Below are positions 34,011 to 44,094 of a stretch of 54,693 nt of DNA, in pieces. Origin of the DNA: Frankiales bacterium (lineage in GTDB: Bacteria > Actinomycetota > Actinomycetes > Mycobacteriales > SCTD01); assembly GCA_025965615.1 (NCBI GenBank), contig JAOPWP010000167.1, positions 1 through 54,693 on the forward strand, given 5' to 3'. Below the pieces are notes generated by a model. That model made no database searches and was not told where the DNA came from. It saw only the letters and a program-made list of their open reading frames with translations. Each line of letters begins with the position of its first letter. Position 1 is the stretch's first letter. The translations under genes were made by a program, and so were the position numbers.

Positions 34011-34056
34011 GGGGTCCAGTCTGCCTGGTTGACGCCGGAGGCCCGAGCGCGGAGTA

Positions 34057-34078
34057 TCTGAACGAACGGTCGGTAATT
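34057..34078. promoter_or_regulatory. Candidate PaaR-type operator TCTGAACGAACGGTCGGTAATT in the pheA/paaA divergent region
   Basis: It matches 13 of 16 specified positions of the corynebacterial PaaR motif ACTNACCGNNCGNNCGGTNAGT, quoted from memory. It is an imperfect palindrome that abuts the paaA Shine-Dalgarno (GGAGGG, 34079-34084). Confidence 0.4.
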
Positions 34079-34087
34079 GGAGGGCGC

Positions 34088-35032
34088 ATGCACGCGGTCG
34101 CGTCGTACGAGCAGGAGTTCCAGGCGCAGGTCGATGCCGACGGGCGGATCGAGCCGCGTGACTGGATGCCCGACGGCTACCGCAAGACCCTCGTCCGGCA
34201 GATCGCCCAGCACGCCCCCTCCGAGATCATCGGGATGCAGCCCGAGGCCAACTGGGTCACGCGCGCGCCGTCGCTGCGCCGCAAGTCGATCCTCGTGGCC
34301 AAGGTGCAGGACGAGGCGGGCCACGGGCTCTACCTCTACAGCGCCGCCGAGACCCTCGGGGTCGACCGCGAGGAGCTGCTCGACCTGCTGCATCAGGGCA
34401 AGCAGAAGTACTCCACGATCTTCAACTACCCGACCACGTCGTGGGCCGACGTCGCCGCGATCGGCTGGCTGGTCGACGGCGCGGCGATCATGAACCAGGT
34501 GCCGCTGACGCGTTGCTCGTACGGCCCCTACGCCCGCGCCATGATCCGGGTCTGCAAGGAGGAGTCGTTCCACCAGCGCCAGGGCTTCGAGGCCATGTCG
34601 GTCCTGGCGAACGGGACGCCCGCGCAGAGGTCGATGGCGCAGGACGCGCTCGACCGGTGGTGGTGGCCGGCGCTGATGATGTTCGGCCCGTCGGACACCG
34701 ACTCGCCGAACAGCGCCCAGTCGATGGCGTGGGGCATCAAGCGGTTCAGCAACGACGAGCTGCGTCAGCGCTTCGTCGACGCCACGGTCCCGCAGGCCGA
34801 GCACCTCGGGCTCGTCGTGCCGGACCCGGACCTGTCGTGGGACGGCGAGCACTACCGCTACGGCGCGATCGACTGGGCCGAGTTCTTCCAGGTCATGAAG
34901 GGAGACGGTCCCTGCAACCGCGAGCGGATCGCGAACCGGGTGACCGCCCACGACGAGGGGGCCTGGGTGCGCGAGGCCGCTGCGGCCTACGCCGCGAAGC
35001 ACACGGTACGGACGGTGGGCGCGCCCGCATGA
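34088..35032 (+). CDS. paaA: 1,2-phenylacetyl-CoA epoxidase subunit A
   Basis: Ferritin-like diiron ligand motifs QDEAGH and EESFHQRQG. It is first in a five-gene set with overlapping junctions. Confidence 0.95.
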   Translation: MHAVASYEQEFQAQVDADGRIEPRDWMPDGYRKTLVRQIAQHAPSEIIGMQPEANWVTRAPSLRRKSILVAKVQDEAGHGLYLYSAAETLGVDREELLDLLHQGKQKYSTIFNYPTTSWADVAAIGWLVDGAAIMNQVPLTRCSYGPYARAMIRVCKEESFHQRQGFEAMSVLANGTPAQRSMAQDALDRWWWPALMMFGPSDTDSPNSAQSMAWGIKRFSNDELRQRFVDATVPQAEHLGLVVPDPDLSWDGEHYRYGAIDWAEFFQVMKGDGPCNRERIANRVTAHDEGAWVREAAAAYAAKHTVRTVGAPA

Positions 35033-35397
35033 GCGGCTCCAGCGGGTTCACCGCGGCGGGCGGGCACGGAGCCGTGCCGACCTCGGCGGACGTGCCGGCG
35101 GACGGGGGCGGGCACGCCGGAGCCCAGCCGCTCTGGGAGGTCTTCGTGCGCCCTCGTCGCGGTCTGTCGCACACCCACGCCGGGAGCCTGCACGCACCCG
35201 ACGCGCACATGGCGCTGCGCAACGCGCGGGACGTCTACACCCGCCGCCAGGAGGGGGTCAGCATCTGGGTCGTCCCCGCCGCCGCGGTCACGGCGAGCAG
35301 CCCCGACGAGAAGGACGCCTTCTTCGACCCCGCCGGTGACAAGGCCTACCGCCACCCGACGTTCTACGACGTCCCCGAGGGGTTGACCCACCTGTGA
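35029..35397 (+). CDS. paaB: 1,2-phenylacetyl-CoA epoxidase subunit B
   Basis: [48 protein letters not shown] is a typical PaaB core. The ATG overlaps the paaA stop (ATGA). It was extracted from the longer track ORF 34441..35397. Confidence 0.9.
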   Translation: MSGSSGFTAAGGHGAVPTSADVPADGGGHAGAQPLWEVFVRPRRGLSHTHAGSLHAPDAHMALRNARDVYTRRQEGVSIWVVPAAAVTASSPDEKDAFFDPAGDKAYRHPTFYDVPEGLTHL

Positions 35398-36167
35398 CCG
35401 CCGTGACGACGGGAGTCGACGCCGACGTCGCGGCCTACGCGCTGCGACTCGGCGACGACGCGCTGGTGCTGGGCCAGCGGCTGGCCGAGTGGGCCGCGAA
35501 GAGCCCGCAGATCGAGGAGGACGTCGCGCTGCTCAACCTCGCGCTCGACCACCTCGGGGTCGCCCGCACCCTGCTCACCCGGGCAGGGGAGCTCCGGGGG
35601 CGCGGCGAGACCGAGGACGACCTGGCGTTCCTGCGCGACGAGCCTGCGTTCACGAACGCGCTGCTGATGGAGCTCCACGGCGGCGACTTCGGCCGCACCA
35701 TGGCGCGCCAGCTGCTCGTCGCGGCCTACCAGCTGCCGCTGTGGCAGGCGCTCGAGGGGTCCGCCGACCCGACGATCGCGGGGGTCGCGGGCAAGGCCGT
35801 CAAGGAGGTCGCCTACCACCTCGACCACGCCCGCAGCTGGGTCGTGCGCCTCGGCGACGGCACGGCCGAGTCGCACCGCCGGGTGCAGGCCGGGATCGAG
35901 GAGGTCTGGCCGTACGCCGCGGAGCTGTTCGAGTCCGACGACCTGGTCTCCCGGCTCGTCACCCGGGGGGTCGCCGCCGACCCGGCCGTGCTCGAGCCGC
36001 TCTGGCGGGCCGCCGTCGAGGACGTCCTCGCGGAGGCGACGCTGAGCGTCCCCGAGACCTCCTGGCGCCCGACCGGCGGGCGCAGCGGTCGGCACACCAC
36101 CGGCTTCGGCTACCTGCTCGCCGAACTCCAGCACCTGCACCGCTCGCACCCCGGTGCGTCCTGGTGA
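35394..36167 (+). CDS. paaC: 1,2-phenylacetyl-CoA epoxidase subunit C
   Basis: Ferritin-like helical protein in the PaaC position (ALRLGDDALVLGQRLAEW). The GTG overlaps the paaB stop (GTGA). Confidence 0.9.
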   Translation: MTAVTTGVDADVAAYALRLGDDALVLGQRLAEWAAKSPQIEEDVALLNLALDHLGVARTLLTRAGELRGRGETEDDLAFLRDEPAFTNALLMELHGGDFGRTMARQLLVAAYQLPLWQALEGSADPTIAGVAGKAVKEVAYHLDHARSWVVRLGDGTAESHRRVQAGIEEVWPYAAELFESDDLVSRLVTRGVAADPAVLEPLWRAAVEDVLAEATLSVPETSWRPTGGRSGRHTTGFGYLLAELQHLHRSHPGASW

Positions 36168-36655
36168 CGACAGCGACCCAGGTGCGGGAGGTGCTGTCGA
36201 CGGTGACCGACCCCGAGATCCCCGTCATCACGATCGCTGACCTCGGCATCCTGCGCGAGGTGTCGGTCGAGGGAGGTCGCGTGACGGTGACCATCACCCC
36301 CACCTACTCCGGATGTCCTGCCATGGACGAGATCCGGGCCGACATCACGACGGCGCTGGCTGCGGCCGGCGTCGACGACGTGGAGGTGCGCACGGTCCTC
36401 TCGCCTGCGTGGACCACCGAGTGGATGACCGTCCAGGGACGGGAGAGCCTGCGGGCGTACGGGATCGCCCCGCCCACGGTCCGGGCCGGGGGCCCGGTCC
36501 CGCTGCAGCTCGGGCGACGCCGGGGCGCCGTCGACTGCCCGCACTGCGGGTCCGGCGCCACCGAGGAGCTGACCCGCTTCGCGTCCACGTCGTGCACGTC
36601 GCTGTGGCGGTGCACCTCGTGCCGCGAGCCGTTCGACCACTTCAAGGACCACTGA
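36164..36655 (+). CDS. paaD: Phenylacetate-CoA oxygenase subunit PaaD (DUF59/MIP18 domain plus Cys4 tail)
   Basis: DPEIPVITIADLGILREV motif and C-terminal CPHCGS...CTSC. The GTG overlaps the paaC stop (GTGA). It was extracted from track ORF 35489..36655. Confidence 0.9.
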   Translation: MTTATQVREVLSTVTDPEIPVITIADLGILREVSVEGGRVTVTITPTYSGCPAMDEIRADITTALAAAGVDDVEVRTVLSPAWTTEWMTVQGRESLRAYGIAPPTVRAGGPVPLQLGRRRGAVDCPHCGSGATEELTRFASTSCTSLWRCTSCREPFDHFKDH

Positions 36656-37749
36656 TGACCGTCGTCGCCGACGTCGCGGAAGAGGTGGGCTCCGGCTTCC
36701 GGAGGCTGCGCGTCGCGGCCGTCGACCCGCTGACCCGGGACTCCGTCGCCATCACCTTCGAGGTGCCGCCGGAGCTGCGGGAGGCCTTCCGCTTCCGCCC
36801 CGGGCAGCACCTGACGCTGCGCCGTGAGATCGCCGGGCAGGAGCTGCGCCGCACCTACTCGGTGTGCGCGAGCGCTGCGGGCGGCCCGCTGCGGGTGGCG
36901 GTGAAGCTGATGGAGGGCGGCGCCTTCTCGACCTGGGTCCTGCAGGGGCTCCGGGCGGGCGACGAGGTCGAGGTCCTCCCGCCGGCCGGCAGCTTCGGGC
37001 CCGCACCGGACGCCGCCCGCACCCGCCGCTACGGGCTGATCGCCGCCGGCAGCGGTGTCACGCCGGTCCTGTCGATCGCGTGGACGGTGCTCGACGTCGA
37101 GCCCTCCAGCGAGGTCGTCCTCGTCTACGGCAACCGGACCACCGGCGACGTCATGTTCCTCGAGGAGCTCGCCGACCTGAAGGACCGCTACCCGGCGCGC
37201 CTCACCGTGCTCCACGTGCTGTCGCGCGAGGAGCAGGGCTCGGAGTTGCTGTCGGGGCGGATCGACCGCGACCGGCTGCAACGGCTGCTCGCCACGCTCG
37301 TGCCAGCCGAGTCCGTCGACGAGTGGTACCTGTGCGGGCCCTTCGGCATGGTCACCGAGGGCAGGCAGACCCTGCTGGACGCGGGCGTCGACCGCTCCTC
37401 GGTGCACGTCGAGCTCTTCCACGCCGACCCGCCGCCCCCGCGCGAGCGCACGCACGTCGCCGGCACCTCTGCCCTCACCACCGTCGTGGTCGACCTGCAC
37501 GGGCGCACGACCACCGTGCAGGTCGACCCCGACGGCGGGTCCGTCCTCGACGCGGTGCTCGCGGTGCGCGCGGACGCGCCGTACGCCTGCAAGGGCGGGG
37601 TCTGCGGCACCTGCCGGGCGCTGTGCACCTTCGGGGCCGTCGAGATGGACGTCAACTACGCGCTCGAGCCCGACGAGCTGGCGCGGGGAGTGGTGCTCAC
37701 CTGCCAGTCCCACCCGACGACGCCCGAGGTGCGGCTCGAGTACCTCTAG
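36655..37749 (+). CDS. paaE: Phenylacetyl-CoA epoxidase reductase subunit (FNR-like plus plant-type 2Fe-2S ferredoxin)
   Basis: FAD motif RTYS, NAD region LIAAGSGVTP, and C-terminal CKGGVCGTCRA...C 2Fe-2S motif. The ATG shares 1 nt with the paaD stop. Confidence 0.9.
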   Translation: MTVVADVAEEVGSGFRRLRVAAVDPLTRDSVAITFEVPPELREAFRFRPGQHLTLRREIAGQELRRTYSVCASAAGGPLRVAVKLMEGGAFSTWVLQGLRAGDEVEVLPPAGSFGPAPDAARTRRYGLIAAGSGVTPVLSIAWTVLDVEPSSEVVLVYGNRTTGDVMFLEELADLKDRYPARLTVLHVLSREEQGSELLSGRIDRDRLQRLLATLVPAESVDEWYLCGPFGMVTEGRQTLLDAGVDRSSVHVELFHADPPPPRERTHVAGTSALTTVVVDLHGRTTTVQVDPDGGSVLDAVLAVRADAPYACKGGVCGTCRALCTFGAVEMDVNYALEPDELARGVVLTCQSHPTTPEVRLEYL

Positions 37750-37864
37750 ATCGGCTGGGTTCTTCGAGGGCTTCGTCCCCACGGGCGTGGCGCGCTAGTC
37801 ACAACGGGCCATTGACCTGGGCGCCAGGCGGCAGTTGGGTCCCCCTGAGCCCGGGGGGGCACCT

Positions 37865-40800
37865 GTGAAGCGCTGGCCGCGTGTCCTGACCGTCGTCGTC
37901 GCCGCGGCCCTGCTGCCGGTCGTGGCCCTGGCCCCGCCGGCCGCGGCGGGTCTGTCGACGCCTGTGCCGATGAACCAGTTCGAAGAGGTCACCGACAGCT
38001 TCACCGACGACGACGCCCTCTTCGTCTACGTGCTCAGCGACACGCGGGGCGGCGCCGTCTGCGTCGTGGACGCCTCCCACGACTCTGCCGAGGGCCTGTC
38101 CTGCAAGGGCAGCAAGGTCGCGTGGTCGACGCCCAACACCATCGTGGGCATCGGGTCGGTCATCCAGCCGATCGAGTCGCCCTCCCTGGTCGCGGGGTCC
38201 TACAAGCTGCTGTCGGAGAACAGCGCGCACGAGGGGACGGGTCTCAGCGACGTCTTCACCGTCTCGGTGTGCAACACCTGCGACCCCTCGATCGCGTCGG
38301 GCATCGTGGCGAAGTGGAAGGCCCAGGCCGATGACCTGAAGGACGCCTACGGGCTCACCTGCGCCGGCTTCGCGGCCAAGGACATCTTCGACCAGGCCAC
38401 CGCAGCGCGAGGCAAGGTGAAGAAGGCGACGGACCGGGCCGACTCCTACGAGAGCGGCGCATCGGGCTTCTTCGCCACGGTCGGTCCGTACGTCGGCGGG
38501 GCCCTCGGGCTCGGGTTCGGCTTCCCGTCCCTGCAGGGCGCCATCGCCGCAGGTCAGACCAAGGCCCTCGAGATCCTGCGGGATCTCAGCTGCAGCACCG
38601 CGGCCATGTACTTCGACATCGTCCAGGACCCGCCCGACCCGCGTTTCGCGACCGTCGGGCAACCGTCCTACCGCGCACTGCCGGACATGGGCTCTCCGGG
38701 CGGGGACGCGCTGGCTGCTGCGCTCGACCAGCAGACCGGCAACGGCGAAGCCTCCTTGACGGCGTTCGAGCGCTACCTCGGCGCCAAGCAGGCCGGCGAC
38801 GTGGCCGGCCAGGTCCGCCAGCTCGAAGCGGTCGGCGCCTTCACCTTCGACACCGCCGACGACCTGGTCGAGACCGCGGGTGCGTTGCGGGAGCATGCCG
38901 CGGAGCTGGCCTCGCTGCCGTCGTACGACCAGCCCGTGGTGACGGAGGAGAGCCTGCAGCGGATCCTCGAGGTGCGCCGGCGCGTCACGTCGACGGGCTT
39001 CACGGCCGACGAGCTGGCTCAACTCGGGGCGGGTGGGCTGTCCGCGGCCGACATCGCTGCGGTGCGCACCCACTTCGATCCAGCTGCCCTCGCCGGCCTC
39101 GAGCCAGGGGTGCTGCTGCAGGACCTGCTGGTGCAGCAGGCCTCCGTCGTCGAGGCCGAGGTCGAGGGCCTGCGTCAGTTCGGCAAGGACGCGGTGGCCT
39201 CCGCCCGGCGCACGGCGGCGCGCTACGCACCGCCCAACGCGGCGCCCACCGCTGCCTTCACCCGCTCGCCGGCGAGCGGCCAGGGCCCGCTGACCGTGAC
39301 CGTGCACGCCGGCACGTCGAGGGACTCCGACGGCTCGATCGTCTCCTACGACTGGGACTTCGGGGACGGGGGCTCCGGGACCGGCATCACCGCCCAGCAC
39401 GTCTACCCGGACCCCGGGACCTACACCGTGACCCTCACGGTGGCAGACGACGACGGGGCGACGGCAAGCTCCTCCGCCAGCGTGCTCGTGACGTCAGGCC
39501 CGCAGCCGAACGCTCCCCCGGTCGCACGGCTGTCACAGGGCGGCGACGGGGACATCCCACTGCCGGTGCCGTTCGACGGGTCGACCTCCTCGGACAGCGA
39601 CGGCGAGATCGTGTCGTACGCCTGGGACTTCGGGGACGGGAGCACCGGCACGGGGGCGCGATCCGGTCACACGTACACGACGGAGGGCACGTTCGTCGTG
39701 ACGCTCACGGTCACCGACGACGACGGAGCGACCGGGTCGACGACGAGCACCGTCCACACCACGAAGCCCAACCAGGCTCCCGTCGCGGTGTTCTCGATCG
39801 CCCCGCCCACCGGGTCCGCGCCGCTCAGCGTCCGCTTCACCGACGAGAGCACCGACCCGGAGGGTGGCGTCATCACCTACCGGCAGTGGTCGTTCTGGGA
39901 CGGCACCAGCTCCTTCGAGCCGACTGTCGACAAGGTGCTCGGCCTGCCCGGGACCTACAGCAGCAGCCTGTTCGTCTGCGACAGCCGAGCGGGCTGCTCC
40001 AGCACGACCCGCTTCACCGTCGTGGACTCCGCAGTCCCCGGCAACCTCCCTCCCGTCGCGGGTGACGACACCGTCGAGGCGCCGCAGGCCAGGTCGGTCC
40101 GCATCGAGGTGCTCGCGGACGACAGGGACCCCGACGGCGATCCCCTGCAGGTCGGGGACTTCACGCAGGGCCAGCACGGCTCCGTGTCCTGCGAGTCCGG
40201 TGCCTGCACCTACACCGGCGTCCGGGGGTTCGCGGGCCAGGACAGCTTCACCTACACGGCGGTGGACGGCCGGGGCGGGAGGGCGACCGCACGCGTGGCC
40301 GTGACGGTGGTGCCGAACCGGCCGCCGGTCGCCTCGGACGACGAGGTCGAGGTCGGGCGCGGCCAGTCGGCCGCGGTCTTCGTGCTCAGCAACGACGCCG
40401 ACCCCGAGGGCTACCAGCTGTCGGTCCTGTCCTGGACCGACCCGGCGCACGGCAGCGTCGTGTGCGCCAGCACCCACTGCACCTACACAGCCGGCCCGGG
40501 CTACGCCGGACCGGACGCCTTCAGCTACACCGCGATGGATGACCTCGGGGGCACGGACGCAGGTCTGGTGTCGGTGTCCGTGGTCGGCAACCGGCCCCCC
40601 CAGCCGGGCCTGGACACGGTGCCGCCGTTCGCGCGCGTCGCTGCCGTCGACGTGCTGGCCAACGACGTCGACCCGGACGCCGACCAGGTGCTCACCCTCG
40701 TGGGCACCACCGCGCCGGGCCACGGCACGGTCACCTGCGGCGCCCTGGGGGGCTGCCTCTACTCGGCGGAGCCCGGGTACAGCGGTCCCGACTCCTTCAC

Positions 40801-43800
40801 CTACACGGTCCGCGACTCCGGCGGCCTGACCGCGGCGGCCCGGGTCGAGCTCGCACCGACCGGTGAGCAGGTGGCGACGGTCTCGGCGGTGGCTGACGAC
40901 CTGACGGTCGAGCAGGACACGACGGGGGCGCTGGACGTGCTCGCGAACGACTCCGGGGACGCGCTCGAGGCCGAGGTGCGGGGCCCGCCGGCGCACGGCG
41001 GGGTGTCCTGTCTGCCCAGCGGGACGTGCAGCTACGTCCCCGACCGCGGCTTCAGCGGTGTCGACGGGTTCACCTACCGGGTCTTCGGCCCAGGGGGCTC
41101 CGCGACGGGCGCCGTCCGGGTCGCCGTCGTCCCGCAGGGGGCCGGCTTCGTGCCCACGGCGACCGGACGCGGTGCCAGCCTGCTGGACCCGGCGGGAGCC
41201 GTGGGCTCCGGCGGTCAGGCGAGCTGGGCCGTCGGTGTGCAGGCGCGGCCTGGCGGGCTGTCGCAGGAGCTCGCCGCGGCCCTCGAACCGCCGAGGGTGT
41301 CTGCCAAGCCCTCCGTGGGTCAGGTCCTGGATGCCGGTTCCGTCCGTACCGCACCGGGGTTCACCGCCACGGTGGCCCCTGACGGGTCCGTCGAGGCGCA
41401 GGCCGGACCGGGCGCACTGCTCGGAGCATCCAGCGAGAGCGACCTGCCCGCCCCGATGCCCCCGATCAGCCAGGGGACCGGGGGTGACGGTCACGTGCCC
41501 ATCCTGGTGGGCAGCAAGGTCTTCGCCTTCTTCCACCACCAGCACCCGACTGCCGTCAGCTGCGTGGACCGGGTCACGGGGCAGCTCTGCCCCGGTTATC
41601 CCCGTCCCGTGACCCTGGGCGCCGGCAGCGCCCCCGGCAAGGCGGTCGTCATCGGCAACCGCATCTGGACCACCCTGGAAGCAGTGGACGAGGCCGCCCA
41701 GAGCAGCTCCTACGGCGTCGCCTGCTTCGACGCCGCCGCCGGTGAGCTGTGCGGCTGGACCATCGTCGAGCGGCAGGTGGGGGACGGGCGGCCGAGAGGC
41801 ACCGTGCCGGTGCTCGCCGGCGGGCGGCTCTGGATCGGCGCGGGATCCGGGGACCTGCACTGCGTCGACCCGGCCGACGGCCGCACGTGCGGCTCGGTCC
41901 CGTCGGGCCTGTTGAAGGAGACCGGCCACCTCCTGGACGCTGTCGGCCTCGGCGCGAAGGTCTTCATGGTGAGCGGCGCAGGAGCCCTCGTCTGCACGGA
42001 CACCGGCACCCGCGCGCCCTGTGCCGGCTGGCCGGCGCCCGTCGCCGTGAGCGGGCACGACGTGATGGTGCGCCACAGCAGGACCGGTGCGGCCGACGGG
42101 GTGTGCGTCATCGGCGGCGAGCTCGTCTGCTGGGCCGCCGGCGGGGGCTCTGGCAGGGTCCACCCGGGCTGGACCCTGTCGACGAACGTCTACTCCTACA
42201 ACTCCGAGGCCGAGAGCGGCGTGCGCACCTTCCGCGGTGACTTCACCGCAGGGCTCTCGTGCTACGACTGGTCCACCGAGGCCGTGTGCGAGGGCGAGGG
42301 CTTCGAGGGGGGGCACGTACGGCAGGACGCGACGGGACAGGCCCTCCCCACCGCCTACGGTGCGGCCTTCGACGGCTCGTGCATCGTGGCCCTCGGTGAC
42401 CCGGGTCAGGTGTTCACCGTCGCACCCAACGGCACGTCACCCTGCACCACGCTGACCTCGGGTGCGCGCAAGGTGACCGACCTGCGCGACCAGCGGTGCG
42501 GCGACGGGGTCGGGGGGGCGAGGTGGCGGGGGGTCGAGGTGCTCGACGCCGACCTCCCGGCGGAGTTCTCGTCCTTCGAGGTCCTGGTGCGCGACGCGAC
42601 GTCCGATGCCGTCCTGCTCCGCCGCCAGCTCGTGGGGGCCGGCACCTCGCTGGACCTGTCGTCCCTCGACCCGGATGCGCACCCGGCGCTGGTCGTCGAG
42701 GCGGCCGCGGTCAGCCGGGACGGCGGCCCGGCGTGGGCGGACGGCCGTCCTCCGCGGGTCCGGCTGGCCTGGCAGCCCGACCCGGCGCAGCTGTGCCTGC
42801 GGACGACCGTCCCGGCCGCCGTGTGCGACGAGGTGCCCGAGCCGGTGACGCTGACCGCGACGCTCGGCCGGGAGCAACGGGTCGCGAGTCTGCGGCTGAG
42901 CGGGATCCCCGGCGGCTGCGACACCGACCCCGTGCTGCCGCAGGCGTTCCCGGACGACCTGACCGTGGTGGAGGACACCTCCGGTCTGGCGGACGTGCTG
43001 GCGAACGACCTGGCCGCCGGCGTGCTCGCCCTCCAGGGCGTCACGGTCGGGCCCGCCCACGGCACGGCCGTCGTCGAGCAGGGTCGCGTCCGCTACACCC
43101 CTGTGGCCGACTACGTCGGCCCGGACAGCTTCACCTACGCAGCCTCCTTGGCCGGTATGACGGTCACCGCCCTGGTCAGGGTGCAGGTCACGGCCGTGGA
43201 CGACCCCGCCGCGCTGGTCCCGCCGGCCGCGGCGACCGTCCAGTACTCCGACGGGCTCACGGCACCCGTGCTGCAGGTGCTCGACGTCGACAGCCCCCTC
43301 ACGGGTCTCACGCTGACCGCGTCCGGCCTGCCACCGGGTCTGGTGCTCGGACCGCTCAACGGCACCGGCAGGGCACCGGTGACAGGCGTGGCGAGCGGAC
43401 CCGCAGGCAGGTATCCGGTGGCGCTGACCCTGTCAGGTCCGGGCGTCGAGCAGGTGGCGCTGGTCGAGGTCACGGTCGCGCCCGAGGACGCGACGGCGGT
43501 CCTGACCGCTCCCGCGACGGCCCCCGCAGGGACGGTGTCGCTGGCCGCCCTGGTCACCCAAGCCGCGGACGGCGCCAGCGGTGACCTCGCCCTGGCCAGG
43601 ATCGAGCTCCAGGTGCGTGCGGCGGACAGCCAGACAGCCGCCCCCTACACCTCCGGGCTGCTGGTGCCGGACGCAGACGGGCTCGTCCGCTGGGCGCCGA
43701 CCCTGCCGGAGGGCGTCTACACCGTGAGCGCGCAGTTCGAGGCCGACGGGCGGCACTTCACCGGCCCGCCAGCCTCGCCGGTGCGGCTGCAGGTGACCGC

Positions 43801-44056
43801 CGCGGAGGAGGCGGCAGCGCTGCCGGTGACGGTCACGGGGCTGCCTGTGACCACGCTGCCAGCCGGGACCGCCGTGCCGCCGCCCGCAGGCGCCCCGGCG
43901 CTGCAGGGGGACGCGGGCGGGGGGGCGGTCACGGGGACGGGGACGGCCCTGCCCACCACCGGGACCGCGCTGCGGACGCTCTGGGGCGCGGACGCCCTCC
44001 TCCTGCTCGCGGGCATGCTCCTCCTGGGCCTGGGCAGGCGCCGCTCGCACGAGTGA
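37865..44056 (+). CDS. Giant LPXTG-anchored surface protein (signal peptide, unknown N-domain, 3 PKD, 4+1 tandem-95/Big_9 cadherin-like repeats, Cys-paired propeller-like core, He_PIG-like Ig domain, sortase signal)
   Basis: Signal peptide [29 protein letters not shown] (GTG at 37865; alternative start at 37835). PKD motifs WDFGDG. Repeats of the type VLANDxDPxGDxL...HGxVxC...CxY...GFxGxDxFxY. C-terminal LPTTG, a hydrophobic helix and RRRSHE. Confidence 0.9.
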   Translation: MKRWPRVLTVVVAAALLPVVALAPPAAAGLSTPVPMNQFEEVTDSFTDDDALFVYVLSDTRGGAVCVVDASHDSAEGLSCKGSKVAWSTPNTIVGIGSVIQPIESPSLVAGSYKLLSENSAHEGTGLSDVFTVSVCNTCDPSIASGIVAKWKAQADDLKDAYGLTCAGFAAKDIFDQATAARGKVKKATDRADSYESGASGFFATVGPYVGGALGLGFGFPSLQGAIAAGQTKALEILRDLSCSTAAMYFDIVQDPPDPRFATVGQPSYRALPDMGSPGGDALAAALDQQTGNGEASLTAFERYLGAKQAGDVAGQVRQLEAVGAFTFDTADDLVETAGALREHAAELASLPSYDQPVVTEESLQRILEVRRRVTSTGFTADELAQLGAGGLSAADIAAVRTHFDPAALAGLEPGVLLQDLLVQQASVVEAEVEGLRQFGKDAVASARRTAARYAPPNAAPTAAFTRSPASGQGPLTVTVHAGTSRDSDGSIVSYDWDFGDGGSGTGITAQHVYPDPGTYTVTLTVADDDGATASSSASVLVTSGPQPNAPPVARLSQGGDGDIPLPVPFDGSTSSDSDGEIVSYAWDFGDGSTGTGARSGHTYTTEGTFVVTLTVTDDDGATGSTTSTVHTTKPNQAPVAVFSIAPPTGSAPLSVRFTDESTDPEGGVITYRQWSFWDGTSSFEPTVDKVLGLPGTYSSSLFVCDSRAGCSSTTRFTVVDSAVPGNLPPVAGDDTVEAPQARSVRIEVLADDRDPDGDPLQVGDFTQGQHGSVSCESGACTYTGVRGFAGQDSFTYTAVDGRGGRATARVAVTVVPNRPPVASDDEVEVGRGQSAAVFVLSNDADPEGYQLSVLSWTDPAHGSVVCASTHCTYTAGPGYAGPDAFSYTAMDDLGGTDAGLVSVSVVGNRPPQPGLDTVPPFARVAAVDVLANDVDPDADQVLTLVGTTAPGHGTVTCGALGGCLYSAEPGYSGPDSFTYTVRDSGGLTAAARVELAPTGEQVATVSAVADDLTVEQDTTGALDVLANDSGDALEAEVRGPPAHGGVSCLPSGTCSYVPDRGFSGVDGFTYRVFGPGGSATGAVRVAVVPQGAGFVPTATGRGASLLDPAGAVGSGGQASWAVGVQARPGGLSQELAAALEPPRVSAKPSVGQVLDAGSVRTAPGFTATVAPDGSVEAQAGPGALLGASSESDLPAPMPPISQGTGGDGHVPILVGSKVFAFFHHQHPTAVSCVDRVTGQLCPGYPRPVTLGAGSAPGKAVVIGNRIWTTLEAVDEAAQSSSYGVACFDAAAGELCGWTIVERQVGDGRPRGTVPVLAGGRLWIGAGSGDLHCVDPADGRTCGSVPSGLLKETGHLLDAVGLGAKVFMVSGAGALVCTDTGTRAPCAGWPAPVAVSGHDVMVRHSRTGAADGVCVIGGELVCWAAGGGSGRVHPGWTLSTNVYSYNSEAESGVRTFRGDFTAGLSCYDWSTEAVCEGEGFEGGHVRQDATGQALPTAYGAAFDGSCIVALGDPGQVFTVAPNGTSPCTTLTSGARKVTDLRDQRCGDGVGGARWRGVEVLDADLPAEFSSFEVLVRDATSDAVLLRRQLVGAGTSLDLSSLDPDAHPALVVEAAAVSRDGGPAWADGRPPRVRLAWQPDPAQLCLRTTVPAAVCDEVPEPVTLTATLGREQRVASLRLSGIPGGCDTDPVLPQAFPDDLTVVEDTSGLADVLANDLAAGVLALQGVTVGPAHGTAVVEQGRVRYTPVADYVGPDSFTYAASLAGMTVTALVRVQVTAVDDPAALVPPAAATVQYSDGLTAPVLQVLDVDSPLTGLTLTASGLPPGLVLGPLNGTGRAPVTGVASGPAGRYPVALTLSGPGVEQVALVEVTVAPEDATAVLTAPATAPAGTVSLAALVTQAADGASGDLALARIELQVRAADSQTAAPYTSGLLVPDADGLVRWAPTLPEGVYTVSAQFEADGRHFTGPPASPVRLQVTAAEEAAALPVTVTGLPVTTLPAGTAVPPPAGAPALQGDAGGGAVTGTGTALPTTGTALRTLWGADALLLLAGMLLLGLGRRRSHE
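39236..40024 (+). repeat. Three tandem PKD-domain coding repeats (about 88-90 codons each)
   Basis: [36 protein letters not shown]; [36 protein letters not shown]; [35 protein letters not shown] identity is visible at 39329-39370 versus 39599-39640 (270-nt offset). Confidence 0.85.
40043..41134 (+). repeat. Four tandem roughly 90-codon tandem-95/Big_9-type (cadherin-like) coding repeats; a fifth diverged copy lies near 42935-43195
   Basis: Repeat starts are [42 protein letters not shown] and [14 protein letters not shown]. Each ends in a V.V.VV strand and carries a conserved Cys pair (e.g. [42 protein letters not shown]). Confidence 0.8.
43949..44053 (+). other. Sortase cell-wall sorting signal (LPTTG, hydrophobic helix, RRRSHE)
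   Basis: CTG CCC ACC ACC GGG at 43949-43963 encodes LPTTG. It is followed by [19 protein letters not shown] and the basic tail RRRSHE before the stop. Confidence 0.85.
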
Positions 44057-44094
44057 GGCGCGACGCGGTGACACCACCCTCGTACGCTGGAGGC

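Noticed and set aside
33335-35002. 555-aa minus-strand ORF overlapping pheA and paaA, with another at 36304..37782 antisense to paaD/paaE
   Set aside because: It crosses a divergent intergenic region and lies antisense or out of frame to strongly supported genes. It has no domain signatures.
39533-42316. 927-aa minus-strand ORF, with others at 37799..39400 and 42406..43065, antisense to the giant surface-protein gene
   Set aside because: These are Arg/Gly/Asp/Pro-rich shadow frames of a gene whose plus-strand translation contains PKD, cadherin-like and LPXTG motifs.
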